Part shown: positions 26,480 through 42,770 of the stretch, piece after piece
How the letters are laid out: each line of letters starts with the position of its first letter
How positions within the stretch are numbered: the first letter of the stretch is position 1
Source: Octopus vulgaris
Taxonomy: Eukaryota
Length of the DNA: 64,000 nt
NCBI GenBank assembly: GCA_951406725.2
Contig: OX597830.1
Coordinates: 23,498,001 to 23,562,000, forward strand
Direction: 5' to 3'
The notes under the pieces: generated by a model
What the model was told of the DNA's origin: nothing
The model's database searches: none
Seen by the model: only the letters and a program-made list of their open reading frames with translations
Translations under genes and position numbers: made by a program

Positions 26480-27220
26480 TAAATGATAAAAAATATAGTC
26501 AAGAAGATTCCCCGAATGGGGTCCAAGGATATTGGATGAAGAAGTTGAGAGGACTCCATGAAAGGGTAGCACAACAGCTAGATGAGTGCTTGCAGGATGG
26601 CGCAGTACCCAGCTGGATGACAAAGGGTAAGACATTGTTATGTGCCAAAGATGCTTAAAAGGAAAATGTTGCACCCAGCTTTAGACCAATAATATGCCTT
26701 CCGCTAAAGTGGAAACTAATGTCAGGTGCTCTGGCCGGTGAACTGTTCAGATACTTGGAAAAAAGTGAACTGCTACCCACTGAACAGAAAGGGTGCTGAA
26801 AAAGGAGCTGGGGGAACGAAGGATCAGCTCTTAATTGGTAATCTAATTATCAGGAACTGCAAGAGAAGACATACAAACCTGAGCATGGCATGGATTGACT
26901 ATCGCAAAGCATGCGATATGACACTACACTCCTGGATAATAAGAACAGTAGAAATGTGTGGAGTAGCAGAAAATATGAGAAACCTTATATGGAATAGCAT
27001 GAAATACTGGAGAACGGAATTGATAGCAAGAAAGCAAGTACTAGGAGAGATGAAAATCAAGAGAAGCATCTTCCAGGGGAACAGTGTGACCACACTAATA
27101 TTCGTGCTGGGATTGATCCTCTTCAGTGAAATACTATAGAAAACAGGAGTATGATCTGGGAAGAGATTAGGGGAGAAACTAAACTGCTTACTATACATGA
27201 ACGACCTGAAGCTAAATGAT
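26480..27220 (+). mobile_element. R4/Dong-clade reverse transcriptase fragment (pseudogene)
   Basis: [75 protein letters not shown] (RT domains 0-5); stops and frameshifts; follows (TAA)n. Confidence 0.9.
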
Positions 27221-27229
27221 AAATAATAT

Positions 27230-27868
27230 GCTGGAACTTATTGCATCGATCGCGAAAGGATGAAAGGCAAAGTTGGCTCCGCCGGAATTTTAACTCAGAA
27301 CATAAAGACGGAAGAAATGTCGATAGGTATTTTGCCCAGCTTACGACGCTAACGACTCTGCCACCTCGTCGCCCACACACACACACACACTCTCTCTCTC
27401 ACACAGGCACACACACGCGCGCGCACACACACACGCATATACTCATTTCTACTCTAGACACGAGACCCCAAATTTTGGGGGAGGGAGCCAGTCGATTAGT
27501 ACTGGTACGAAACTAGTACTTAATTTATCGTCACCGAAAGGATGAAAGGCCAAGTCGAACTCGGCGGAATTTGAACTCAGAACGTAAAGACCTATTTCTT
27601 TACTACCCACAATGGACTAAATACAGACGAAATACCTATTTCTTTACTACCCACAAGGGACTAAATACAGAAGGGATAAACAAAGACAGGCAAACGGATT
27701 AAGTCAATTACATCGACTCCAGTGCGTAACCGGTACTTAATTTATCGACCCCGAAAGGATGAAAGGTAAAGTCGACCTCGGCGGAATTTGAACACAGAAC
27801 GTAACGGCAGACGAAATACCGCAAAGCATTTCGCCCGGCGTGCTAACGCTTCTGACAGATCGTCGCCT
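27230..27868 (-). mobile_element. Cluster of SINE family B copies
   Basis: Three overlapping or nested family B segments (ggcggaatttgaactcagaacgta on +). Confidence 0.8.
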
Positions 27869-27979
27869 TCACACACGTATATATTAATCTCAAAACTCAA
27901 TATGTTACCATGTTTTAAACTACGATATTTTAGAAGTTAAATGTATTCTTATGAACGCTTAAGCACCACATCATACATT

Positions 27980-28099
<120 letters not shown>

Positions 28100-28217
28100 A
28101 CTGTCTCTACTATATATGCGTATGTGTGTGTGTGTGTTCGTGTGTCTATGTATGAACATCAGTATGGGAGTATATGTGTGTATACACACAGACATATGCG
28201 CATTGTGTGTGCGTGTG

Positions 28218-28274
<57 letters not shown>

Positions 28275-28447
28275 TTTAGTAGAATAAAAAATAGAAAGTT
28301 TTTGGTACAATAATATACATTTGAAAGAATGAATAGAAAAGTCTTTTATGATAATTTTTCCACTTTAATTATCAGTTATTAAAGTGGAAAAATTATCAGA
28401 AAAACATTTTCTATTCGTTTTTCAATTATAAATAAATAAATAAATAA

Positions 28448-28478
<31 letters not shown>

Positions 28479-28494
28479 TATATATATATATATA

Positions 28495-28571
<77 letters not shown>

Positions 28572-28589
28572 ATATATAAAGTTAATCCA

Positions 28590-28782
28590 AACAAGAAAAC
28601 ACAAAAAAACACAACAACGCGAGGACGTGGAACAAATATAGAATTATTAGACGCTCAGGAAAGAAGGAAAGAAGGAGTGTTTAACGTTTCGAGCGGAGCT
28701 CTTCGTCGGAAACAGGAGAAGGAAAGATCCCGAGAAGGGAAGACAGAGGAAAAAAATCGTCAACGGTACACACGAGGTAACA
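28590..28782 (-). mobile_element. Penelope-like repeat with hammerhead-like fold (28678-28714)
   Basis: tgttt-CCGACGA-a gagc tcc gctc-GAAA-cg-UU-aaaca: all stems pair, U4->C in core; between (TA)n tracts. Confidence 0.6.
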
Positions 28783-29184
28783 TGTGTATATATATATATA
28801 TATATATATATTTCAAAGGCGGTGTTCTAGCATGGCCGCCGTAATAGAATAAAAGAATATACCTAGAAACCTGTATACATACATACATACATACATACAT
28901 ACATACATACATACATACATACATTGCATACAAATACATACTTACGTACATGCACACACATAAATATATACATACATACATATGTATATATATATATATA
29001 CGCATAAACACACACACACACACACATACACACACACGTATACAAACACATACGCATACCTTTATCTCTAGTGGAAGTGATATAGCTGGATGTAAATCTG
29101 TACCCAAACGCATGAAGACTTCGAGCAGCTCATTTTTCCAGGTTCATTGACACCCAAATATCATTCCGTTTCACAGACCTTTTG

Positions 29185-29222
<38 letters not shown>

Positions 29223-29536
29223 CCCCTCCTCCTTAACATACAATTATTTTAATGAGGTCAGATAGGATTCGGTTTATGTGTGAAAGTTTGACGTAGCTGA
29301 CGTAGCTAATGGGTCGGGCACAGGGCTACGTGATTTAAGCGTACACCACATCCGGTATTTTTATGGGTTTTACTTTTCAATCCCTACGACCCTTTCTGCG
29401 TACTGCTGCTGCCCCCGTTATAGTGATATTGCTATCAAGAACATTATCTCAACGTCCTGGCTTGTCACAAATTTAGATACTGCTTATGCGAAGTTACTGC
29501 TACTGTCATTCCCATTTTGTCGAGTATTACCAACCC

Positions 29537-29850
29537 TACCACCACCACCACCACCACCATACCACCACCACCACCACCACCACCACCACCACCACCACCA
29601 CCACCACCACCACCACCAATACCACCACCACCACCACCACCACCACCAATACCACCACCACCACCAATACCACCACCACCACCACCACCACCACCACCAC
29701 CACCACCACCACCACCACCACCACCACCACCACCACCAATACCACCACCACCACCACCATACCACCACCACCACCACCACCAATACCACCACTAATACCA
29801 CCACTAATACCACCACCACTACCACCACCACTACCACCACCATTGCTACC
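29537..29850. repeat. (CAC)n microsatellite with AAT/TAC interruptions
   Basis: Directly visible. Confidence 0.95.
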
Positions 29851-30394
29851 AAGATGATCACCAATATCCGTAGCGCTACCATTTTAACCCAAATCTCCGT
29901 TATCATCATCTTCAAAATCCTTACAAATATCGCCACCAGCAACCCCAGTCACGATCACCAATATCAAACCAATATCACCCAGATCTCCTTCACGCCACCT
30001 ATAACAACCCCACCAATGTTGGTGTGTTCGCGTTCCCGTAACTTAGCGGTTCGGCAAAAGGAACTGATAGAATAAGTACTAGGTTTAAGAAAAAAAATAA
30101 GTCCTAAGGTCGATTCATTCGACTAAAAATTCTTTATGGTGGTGCCCTAGCATGGCCGCAGTCTAGTGTCTGACACGAGTAAAAAATGAAATATAAAAGA
30201 TTTATATATACGCCACAGAATCCGGGAAACTGGTCTTATGAGCCTAGGGCTCAGGAATGGCCTTTGAGCCTTTGTGTAGCCGTAACCAGACATGGGCAAC
30301 ATCTCGGCTGCTTCACTCATGACTCAGTGGAACATTGCAGATGTGACAGTTGGAGGAGAAGCAGAGTGAATCAGCAACCGGGTGGTGCCCATTT

Positions 30395-30756
30395 TCGTGG
30401 CACTCCGTCGGTTACGACGACGAGGGTTCCAGTTGACCCGATCGACGGGACAACCTGCTCGTGGTATTAACGTGCAAGTGGCTGAGCACTCTACGGACAC
30501 GTTTACCCGTAACGTAGTTCTCGGGGAGGTTCAGCGTGAAACAGAGTGTGACAAGGCTAGTCCCTTTGAAATACAGGTACAACAGAAACAGGAAGAAAGA
30601 GTGAGAGAAAGTTGTGGTGAAAAAGTACAGCGGCGAGGCACGTGGAGTTTAGGTGTTTTTGCTCAATAAACATTCACAATGCCGGTCTGGGAATCGAAAC
30701 CGCGTTCTTACGACCGCGAGTCCGCTGCCCTAACCACTGGGCCATTGCACCTCCAC
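30395..30756 (-). mobile_element. SINE family C
   Basis: Homologous to 17915-18298. Confidence 0.85.
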
Positions 30757-30939
30757 GGTATCCATTTTACAGCTGAGTGGACTAGATCAACGTGGAATGA
30801 AGCGCCTTGTTCGAAGGCACAATGCTTCGGTCGGTTTGGTATTGAACTCACGACTTTAGGCTTTTGAGTCGAATACATTAACCGCCTGATCACACCCCTT
30901 TACTGGGTCTAAACCAGTAGGACAGCAGAAACAACGCTA

Positions 30940-31605
30940 AAAACACCTAAGCTCCACGAGGCTCCGGCGGTAGTGGGGGTTGAACCCCCCGCTGTACTTT
31001 TTTACCACATATTTCTCTCACTCCTTCCTACTTCTGCCACAAGTAGAGGAACCATGGTGTAACCCACTATGATGTGGTAAACTTTCAGACCCTAGTCTAG
31101 ATTGCGAATCCTTTGTACCCCAGGATGGTTCAGCTCTCCACCCGTTAAAAGCCACCGTTTACGGAATGAGGATAACAACGTAGCTTTCGCGCCCGTGCAA
31201 CCGCCAGTCTATCGCGTGTGGTGGGTGGATCTTCAAGTTGCCGCACGCATTCTTAGTAGCTTAGAGTAGGCTCGAATTAGAGATTATTCTTTGTGGCTAA
31301 TAGCGTGAGTCCTAATTGGGAGGAGAAGAAGAAGAAGAAGAAGAAGAAGAAGAAGAAGGAGGAGAAGAAGAACAAGAACAAGAACAAGAACAAGGAGGAG
31401 GAGGAGGAGGAGGAGGAGGAGGAGAAGAAGAAGAAGAAGAATATGAAGAATATGAAGAATATGAAGAAGGAGAAGAAGGAGAAGAACAAGAACAAGGAGG
31501 GGGAGGAGGAGGAGGAGAAGAAGAAGAAGAAGAAGAAGAAGAAGAAGAAGAAGAAGAAGAAGAAGAAGAAGAAGAAGAAGAAGAAGAAGAAGAAGAAGAA
31601 GAAGA
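30940..31605 (+). mobile_element. SINE family C (AAG)n-tailed variant with expanded AAG/GAG tail
   Basis: Body homologous to 37138-37618; tail 31320-31605. Confidence 0.85.
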
Positions 31606-31829
31606 CAACAGCAACAAGAACAAGACAAGCGTTTGTAGCAGTGACGTCAACATTAATAACAACAGTGACTGCAAAGCTAACAGTAACAACAACAACAGCA
31701 ATAAGATCGATAGCGTCTACAAAAGAACATCCGACAATGTACTAGCGAGAGGACCTCTGCGTGGATGATTGACCTGCTAGAAATAAGAAGCAAATTCTCT
31801 ACCATCATCTCTAAGACAATATCAGCCGC

Positions 31830-32096
31830 TGCTACCACACGACCACGACCACCTCCACCGCCACAACCAGGACAGCCGTCACTGCCACCATCACTAAGAC
31901 GACGATGACCACCACCACCACCACCACCACCACCACCACCACCACCACCACTACCACCACCACCACCACCACAGCCACGATCAGGACTACCGTCACTGCC
32001 ACCATCACTAACACGACGACGACGACGACGACTACCACCACCACCACCACCACCACTATCATGAGTACCATCACCACCACCAGTATCATCGCCACC

Positions 32097-32139
<43 letters not shown>

Positions 32140-32610
32140 CCACCACCACCACCACCACCAGTACTATCACCACCACCAGTATCATTGCCACCACCAACAC
32201 CACCACCAATACCACCAGTACCATCACCACCACCTGTATCATCGCCACCACCACCAGTACCATCACCACCACCAGTACCATCACCACCACCAGTACCATC
32301 ACCACCACCACCTCCACCACCACCACCACTACCACCACCACCTTCCATCACCTCCACTATCGTCACAGCCTATACTACCACCATCACTACCACCGTAACC
32401 GCTGCCGTCATCGCCACCGGTACAACCGCTTCGACTGCCTCTACGCTGCCGCCGCCGCCTCTACCATTACCATAATTGCCACCACCGCCAAAACAATCAC
32501 CACCACCACCACTACCACCACCACTACCACCACCACCACCACTTCCACCACTTCCACCGCTTGCACGCCCCACTATTGCCGCCGCTGTCGCATCCGCAAC
32601 CACCTCCTTC
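31830..32610. repeat. Compound CAC/CAG/GAC trinucleotide low-complexity tract
   Basis: Directly visible; includes an 18-bp unit accagtaccatcaccacc. Confidence 0.9.
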
Positions 32611-33939
32611 CTCTACAATCACAATTTTACTGTCTTAAAAAAATTTGCTGGCATATTGGATAATACAATCCTTGACATAAAATCTCTGCAAAAGAGTAAA
32701 TAAATAAATAAATAAATAAATAAACAAACAAATAAATAAATAAGTAAATAAATGAATAAGTGAATAAATGGTATCAACTCGATACAGAGAAATGGAAACG
32801 GATTTCTAGACTGGGGCGTGTGAACAAAGTTGGTGTGGACGATTGTGTTGAAGAAACAAAGAGAACGCCGAAAGTAGAAATTCATCACCACACCCAGCTC
32901 ATGTGCACTTAGAACACACATGGACAGCACTACACATCCACACATACATACATAAACACATGCATGCATACATACATACATACATACATACATACATACA
33001 TACATACACACATGCATGCATACATTCATACATACATACATTCATACATACATACATACATACATGCATACATACATACATACATACATACATACATACA
33101 TACATACATGCATACATGCATACATACATACATACATACATTCATACATACATAATACATATATAATACATACATATATACATACACACACACATGCATG
33201 CATAAAGCATAATACATACGTACATACAAACATACATACATACATACACACATGCATACATAAACCATAATACATACATTCATACATACACGTACGCATG
33301 CATGCATACATACATATACATACATGCATATATGTATATACATGAATGTATGCATGCATATGTACATACATACATATATACATTCATACATGCATATATA
33401 CATACGTACATACATGCATGCATGCATACATATGTACATACATATATACACGCATGCATACACACATTCATACATACATGCGTGCATACATATTCTCAAA
33501 TAGACAACCCAAAGCATAAAATTATTGAGCAACCGTTTGCTCTCTTTGATAGTTCACCCATCAAATTTAACAATGGTCTAGGCAGCCGCTAGACGAGTGC
33601 AAAGTCTTTTTTTTCTTTACTTATATGGTGAGAAAGAGCTCCGTGCACGCATCAGACTTATTCTCTCGTTCTCACAGAACCAACGAGGGAATCTCTAAGT
33701 GGTTACTCAACCTACTAGGAATAACGCTCACATTTCCCTCAAAAAACCACATACGGTAGATCTTCGTAGTTCGACGATGCGAGATTAAGCACTGGGTAAA
33801 TTATGCGGCGTAACTTTACATTAAGGAGCGGAGCGTAGAATTTGCTGCAATTCAGACCATTACCATTATTGCCGCTGCCACCGCCGCCACCACCTCCACC
33901 ACCACCACCACCACCTGCACGCCCCACTATCGCCGCCGC

Positions 33940-34110
33940 TGTTGCCTCCGTGTTGCCCCCGAAGATGTTCTGGAACAGCCACTTTGACTGACAGGGCTCG
34001 CACTTGCGGATAGCCATCTCCGCGCCAATAGCGGTGAGCAGAGATATTGTCTGGGGACCGACAACACCAGAGGTCTCCACTGTCAAGGTTCGAACATAAA
34101 CCTGCCAGAG
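33940..34110 (-). mobile_element. CRE-clade non-LTR retrotransposon RLE C-terminal relic
   Basis: (YMFEP/)LTVETSGVVGPQTISLLTAIGAEMAIRKCEPCQSKWLFQNIFGGN resembles the CRE-type F.P.AVET.G..G......L..IG......GE.R...WL.Q....A..RGN end. Confidence 0.55.
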
Positions 34111-34411
34111 AGCGAAATGTCCAGTAGTCAAGACAACTGTGTTTGTATGAAAATGCAAGAGATTCCCAATGCAGCTGCAGAGATTTCTAGAATTCAGTGT
34201 ACCAGTTACCGTTCTCTGAGTGTCCAAGCCATTTAACAAGACTCCACATATTTGTCCTGCATCATGGTTTTCTTGTCCAGCACGGTGATATGTTGCCACC
34301 TGCATCAGTTTTCTCCATTGGCCTGATTTGGTGTCCTTAGTTGCGTATACTCCGGACATTCCGAGCTAAATAGAAAAATTCGTGTTTTCCCACAGAAATC
34401 AGTAAATATTT

Positions 34412-34745
34412 TACGAAGGTTGGCTGAAAAGCTCATAGGCTGGTGACCAAATGAGGTTTGTTTTTCAACATAGTTTCCCTGGCGGTTCACACACGTGCTT
34501 GGATCTCATTAGGGAAGAAACATTCACCCTGTAGGTCAAAGAACATCGACAACAGATATGAAATCATCGTCACTACGGTACAGGTTCTTAGCCTGGTGTT
34601 TTTCATATTGGATAAGATATGATAGCCAGATGGGGCCAAATCAAAAGACTGGGGAAGGTGCTCAACCGGTTCAAAGCCGCAGTCATGCACAGCAGCCATC
34701 GAAATCAAGGACTTGTGTGCTGGAACATTGTCCTGATAAAACAAA
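34412..34745 (-). mobile_element. mariner transposase 3' relic with terminal inverted repeat
   Basis: FYQDNVPAHKS..CGFEPVEHLPQSFDLAPSGYH (HDNAPAH / YSPDLAPSD motifs); TA + CGAAGGTTGGCTGAAAAG terminus at 34412. Confidence 0.85.
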
Positions 34746-35017
34746 ACCCCTTAACTTTTGTACAAATAAGCAAATATTTTGCATACCGATTTATGTAAAG
34801 GAACAAGCATTTTCTGGCTTCGCTCAAGACCTTCTGAGTTTCCGCCAATAAGGGGGCCAGACCAGGTCGAAACTCTGTGTCTGGTAGTCGACCGGCGTTC
34901 TTACGAAAGCCTATTGTTTTTAACACTCAAGTCTCACTCACGAGATTCTCTGGGACAAAATATAAAAGCTTCAGCTCTTGCAATTTTCTATACAGATTTT
35001 AAGTGTTACATTCGCCG

Positions 35018-35250
35018 GCGAGATGGCAGAAGCGTTAGCACGCCAGGCGAAATGCTTAGCGGTATTTCATCTGCCGCTACATTCTGAGTTGAAATTCCGC
35101 CGAGGTCGACTTTGCCTTTCATCCTTTCGGGGTCGATAAAGTAAGTACCAGTTACGCACCAGGTTCGATGAAATCGACTTAATCCGTTTGTCTGCCCTTG
35201 TTTGTCCTCTCTGTGTTTAGCCCTTGTGGGTAGTAAAGAAATAGGTATTC
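35018..35250 (+). mobile_element. SINE family B, full length
   Basis: ggcgagatggcagaagcgttagcacgcc head; tail ...gtagtaaagaaataggta. Confidence 0.85.
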
Positions 35251-35479
35251 CACTGATTCCTCTTTTATTATCCACGAAAATACTGTGTGTGTGTCCGTGT
35301 ATGTACGTCTCTCTCTGAAATTTTCTAAACGTTTTTGTACTTTCTGCTTTTTCCTATTGTTGTTTCTCTCAGTACGCACGTGTTACTTTGCCTCCCTCTT
35401 CCTCCTTTTCTTTTCTCTTCTCCCTTTCTTCCCCTTTTCTCCCTGTTTCTTCCTTCTTCCCCCTTTCTCTTCTTGTTCC

Positions 35480-35614
35480 CTGTTTATTTCTGAGTTCCTT
35501 TCTGTCGAAGAGCGTAGGCTCGAAACGTAAAAAACTTTCTCACTTCCCGAGCGTTAAACTAATACCTCTGTTTGTTGTTTACACACCCGTCTTCGTCTTT
35601 TTTTTTGTAAATTC

Positions 35615-35620
<6 letters not shown>
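35480..35620 (+). mobile_element. Penelope-like repeat with variant hammerhead (35499-35532)
   Basis: ttt-CUGUCGA-a gagc gtag gctc-GAAA-cg-UA-aaa; abuts (TA)n. Confidence 0.6.
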
Positions 35621-35695
<75 letters not shown>

Positions 35696-35699
35696 GTAT

Positions 35700-35772
<73 letters not shown>

Positions 35773-35794
35773 CATATATATTTATATATATTCT

Positions 35795-36170
35795 TTTATT
35801 CTTTTTCTTGTTTCTGTCATTTGACTGCGGCCATACTAGACCCCTGCTTTGACGGGTTGTGTTGAACGAACAAATCGACCCTTAAGTCTAGTAATTCTTA
35901 AGCCTAGTACGTGTTCTATCGGTGCTTTTTGCAGAACCTTTAAGTTACGGGGACATAAGCACACCAACACCGGTTCTGAAGCGGTAATGTGCGGACAAAC
36001 ACAGACACAAAAGACATACATATATACATACATACATACATACATACATACATACATACATACATACAGAGGCTATAGTAGAAGATAGTTGCTCAAGATG
36101 CCACACAATAATACTGAACCTAAAATCGTGTTGTTGGGAAGCAAGCTTCTTACCACACGGCTACGCATAT
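35795..36170 (-). mobile_element. SINE family A
   Basis: Reverse-complement family A tail and head. Confidence 0.75.
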
Positions 36171-36278
36171 GCCTATATATATACGTGTGTGTGTGTGCGT
36201 GTGTGTGTTTGTGCGTATAGTTGAAATTTACAGAAGAACAAAAGACGAAGACAAGTGTTTGATCAACAAACATATATC

Positions 36279-36358
<80 letters not shown>

Positions 36359-36492
36359 TAGGTTGCTATTTGCAATTTACAACCAAAAGGCACATATAGA
36401 TAGACATTTTTGTGTTTGGTTTGCAAGATTCTTCATGTGAATTCGTGCGTTGAAACAAATTACTGTTATGTCAGGGGAGAGTCATTATGCCA

Positions 36493-36538
<46 letters not shown>

Positions 36539-36547
36539 CACACACAG

Positions 36548-36589
<42 letters not shown>

Positions 36590-37137
36590 GTTTCTGCATT
36601 TGTCTGCGCAAAAAATGTTTGCTAAAGATGCTTGGATATATCCTTTACAATTGATTAACTCTCAAACAAAACACGCTTCACTGTTAAGATATCAATGAAA
36701 TAATTTAGATAAAAATCAGTCGTAGTTTCCATTAAACATGGGATGGCCATGTCTGGCATGGCTTCAATCATTGGTCTGTTCAGTCATTAAATGCCAGGCG
36801 ATGAACCTCAACAGAATTAAAGGTGACGATTCAAGCCTTCGCAGAGTTCATTAACAACATAGTTTTGCCCAAGCGTATTTCGCAAGAATCAGTTTCTTCA
36901 TATTTCCTTTTCAAAATTTATCGATCACAACCCTAGAATTTTCATATATACTGAGTAATATTTAGACGACATTATTTTAAGCTCCCATTATTTCCCAAAG
37001 ATAGATACGCGAGTTTTCTTATACTTAAGGAAGTTTGGTTCCAAATGATGAGGTAGAGAGCAGTGCTAATTCGTCCCGAAACTCTGCTCCACTAGGCCTG
37101 ACTTTAAGATAGATGTTTGTAGCAAACGGCAGCAACC

Positions 37138-37750
37138 GTGGAAGCACAATGGCCCAGTGGTTAGGACAGCACACTCGCGGTCGTAAGAACGTGGTTTCGA
37201 TTCCCAGACCGGGCATTGTGAGTGTTTACTGAGCAAAAACAACTAAACTCCACGAGGCTCCGGCGGTAGTGGGGGGTGAACCCCCCGCTGTACTTTTTCA
37301 CCATAAATTTCTCTCACTCTTTCTCCCTACTTCTGCCACAAGTAGAGGAACCATGGTGTAACCCACTATGATGTGGTAAACTTTCAGACCCTAGTCTAGA
37401 TTGCGAATCATCTGTACCCCAGGATGGTTCAGCTCTCCACCCGTTAAAAGCCACCGTTTACGGAATGAGGATAACAACGTAGCTTTCGCGCCCGTGCAAC
37501 CGCCAGTCTATCGCATGTGGTGGGTGGATCTTCAAGTTGCCGCACGCATTCTTAGTAGCTTAGAGTAGGCTCGAATTATAGATTATTCTTTGTGGCTAAT
37601 GACGTGAGTCCTGATTGGAAGAAGAAGAAGAAGAAGAAGAAGAAGAAGAAGAAGAAGAAGAAGAAGAAGAAGAAGAAGAAGAAGAAGAAAGAAGAAGGAG
37701 AATATGAAGAAGAAGAATATGAAGAAGAAGAAGAAGGAGAAGGAGAAAAC
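37138..37750 (+). mobile_element. SINE family C, full length, (AAG)n-tailed
   Basis: tRNA-like head (tggcccagtggttagg A box; ggtttcgattccc B box), ~480 bp plus (AAG)n. Confidence 0.9.
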
Positions 37751-37780
37751 GGCAGCAACTGTGTTTCATGGTGCGTGCAG

Positions 37781-37824
<44 letters not shown>

Positions 37825-38139
37825 CACATGTATACACACATGCACAGACACGCCTGTATATTTTGTTCGTTTGAAAAAAGTTTACAAATATAAATTAAAA
37901 CAATATTTCAGGAAAAAGTGCATCATATACTTTATGGAATATAATAATAGTTTAGTATAATATAATATATATTGAGTGAATGCGTGTGTGTGTGTGTATC
38001 TATATATATTATATACATACAAACACAACATACATACATATATGGTGAACATTTTTTAAATGTTTTAAAGAGCTATACAAATCACGTCACATACCAAAAA
38101 AATATCTAAAAAATACAATCGAAAATACGAAAATTTTTT

Positions 38140-40850
<2,711 letters not shown>

Positions 40851-41223
40851 AAACCTTTACTATTGTTTTGTTGGTATGTTATCTTTTGTATATGGAGTAA
40901 TTTATGTGTATGTTTAAATTAAGCCTGTATGCTTGCGTTTGTATATATGTATGTGTATGTCTGTGAGTGTGCGCATGTCCGTATGTGCGCAATGTGTATA
41001 TGAGTGTATGTATATATGTGTTTATATATACTATGAAATGGTGATGATACGGATAGTGGTAGCGCTTGGCGTAGTAACAGGAATAGTTGCGATGGCGGGG
41101 GAGATGAGAGATTTAGCGAAGCTTCGGTTGTGTTAATCCTATTGGACGAGGGCTGGTGGTAGTGGTAGTGGCAGACATGTTGTGTATTAAATAGGTTGTA
41201 GATGATATTGCAGGTATTACAGG

Positions 41224-41576
41224 TGTGAAGGCGCATGGCTCAGTGCTTACGATCGTGAGGTTGTGAGCTCGAATCCCGGATCGGGCTGCGTGTTGTGTTC
41301 TTGAGCAAGGCACTTTATTTCACATCGCTCCAGTTCACTCAGCTGTAGAAACGACGCTCCAGTTCACTCAGCTGTAGAAACGAGTTGTGACATCACAGGT
41401 GCCAAGCTGTATCGGCCTTTGCCTTTCCTTTGGATAACACTGGTGGCGTGGAGAGGGGAGGCCGGTATGCATGGGCAACTACTGGTCTTCCATAAACAAC
41501 CTTGCCCGGACTTGTGCCTGGGAGGGTAACATTCTAGGGACAATCCCATGGTCTGTGTCGTGACCGAAGGGGGTCC
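41224..41576 (+). mobile_element. tRNA-derived SINE family D
   Basis: tggctcagtg..gctcgaatccc head, cttgagcaaggcacttt and ccagttcactcagctg motifs; 29-bp internal duplication; inverted copy at 41885-42207. Confidence 0.8.
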
Positions 41577-41884
41577 TAGAACAGGTGTGTCGATGTAAGT
41601 TACAGTAGAGTATAGGAAATTGTAGAGTCTGAAATTGGTAGTGTATGTGGTGGTGGTGATGGTGATTGGTGGAGTAGATGGGGATGAGGGTGATGGTGGT
41701 GGTGCCATGATAATGAGGATGGTGGTGATGGAGGAGGCGGTGGTGCTGGTAGTGTCGTAATGGTGGTGGTGATGTAGCTGATGATGTTGGTAATAATGAT
41801 GGTAGTGATGATGGTGGTGGTGATGGCGGTGATATTAATAGTGGTGTTTAGTAGCTATATTATTTTTGATGATGTTGGGATAAA

Positions 41885-42207
41885 CACCCTTTTTCAGTTA
41901 TGAATGATCATGGGATTGCACCCGGAAAGTTCCCTTCCGAGGGACAAGTCCGGACAAGGTTGTTTAAGGAAGACCAGCAGTCGTCCATGCATACCAGCTT
42001 CCCCTCTCACACTACTGATGTTATCCAAGGGTAAGGCAAAAGGGCTGATAGAGCTTGGCACCAGTGACGTCACAACTCATTTCTACAGCTTAATGAACTG
42101 GAGCAACGTGAAATAGCGTCTTACTCAAGAACACAATACACAGCCCGGTCTAGGAATCGAACTCACAACCACATTATTGTGAACCCGATGCTCTCACCAC
42201 TGAGCCA
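41885..42207 (-). mobile_element. SINE family D
   Basis: Reverse complement of 41224-41576, diverged. Confidence 0.75.
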
Positions 42208-42296
42208 TGGTCATGGTAGTGGTGTTGGTGAAATTGGTGGCGCTGGAAACGATGATCACAATGGAGGTGGTTCTGGTGCGGATGTTAATAATAATT

Positions 42297-42770
42297 GCTT
42301 TCTACTCTAGGCACAAGGCTCGAAATTTTGGGGGAGGGAACCAGTCGATTAGATCGACCTCAGTACGCAACTGGTACTTAATTCATCGACCCTGAAATGA
42401 TGAAAGGCTAAGTCAACCTCGGCGGAATTTGAACTGAGAACGTAGCGGCAGACGAAGTACCTCTAAGCATTTCGCCCGGCGTACCAACGACTCTGTAGAG
42501 GCACATGGCTTAGTGGTTAGAACAGAGGACTCGAGGTCGAGGGATCGCGGGTTCGAATCTCAGACCGGGAGATGTGTGTGTTTATGAGCGAAACACCAAA
42601 GTTCCACGCGACTCCGGCAGAAGGTAATGGCGAACTTCTGCTGACACTTTCGCCAAAACTTTCTCTCACTCTTTCCTCCTGCATCTTGCAGCTCACCTGC
42701 GACGGACCTTATGAGCCTGGCATGGTTCAAGAAGGAACAAACTAACGAATCTGTCGCTCACCGTCTTGAT
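42297..42770. mobile_element. SINE family B (-) interrupted by SINE family C (+, 42495-42740)
   Basis: Family B head is split around the insertion (aacgactctgt / aacgaatctgt, TSD-like). Confidence 0.75.

Noticed and set aside
31293-32703. Poly-K/E/T/G/P ORFs (mucin- or formin-like)
   Set aside because: SINE (AAG)n tail plus CAC-type microsatellites.
37138-37216. Functional tRNA gene
   Set aside because: tRNA-like head of a multi-copy SINE; no proper cloverleaf or terminator.
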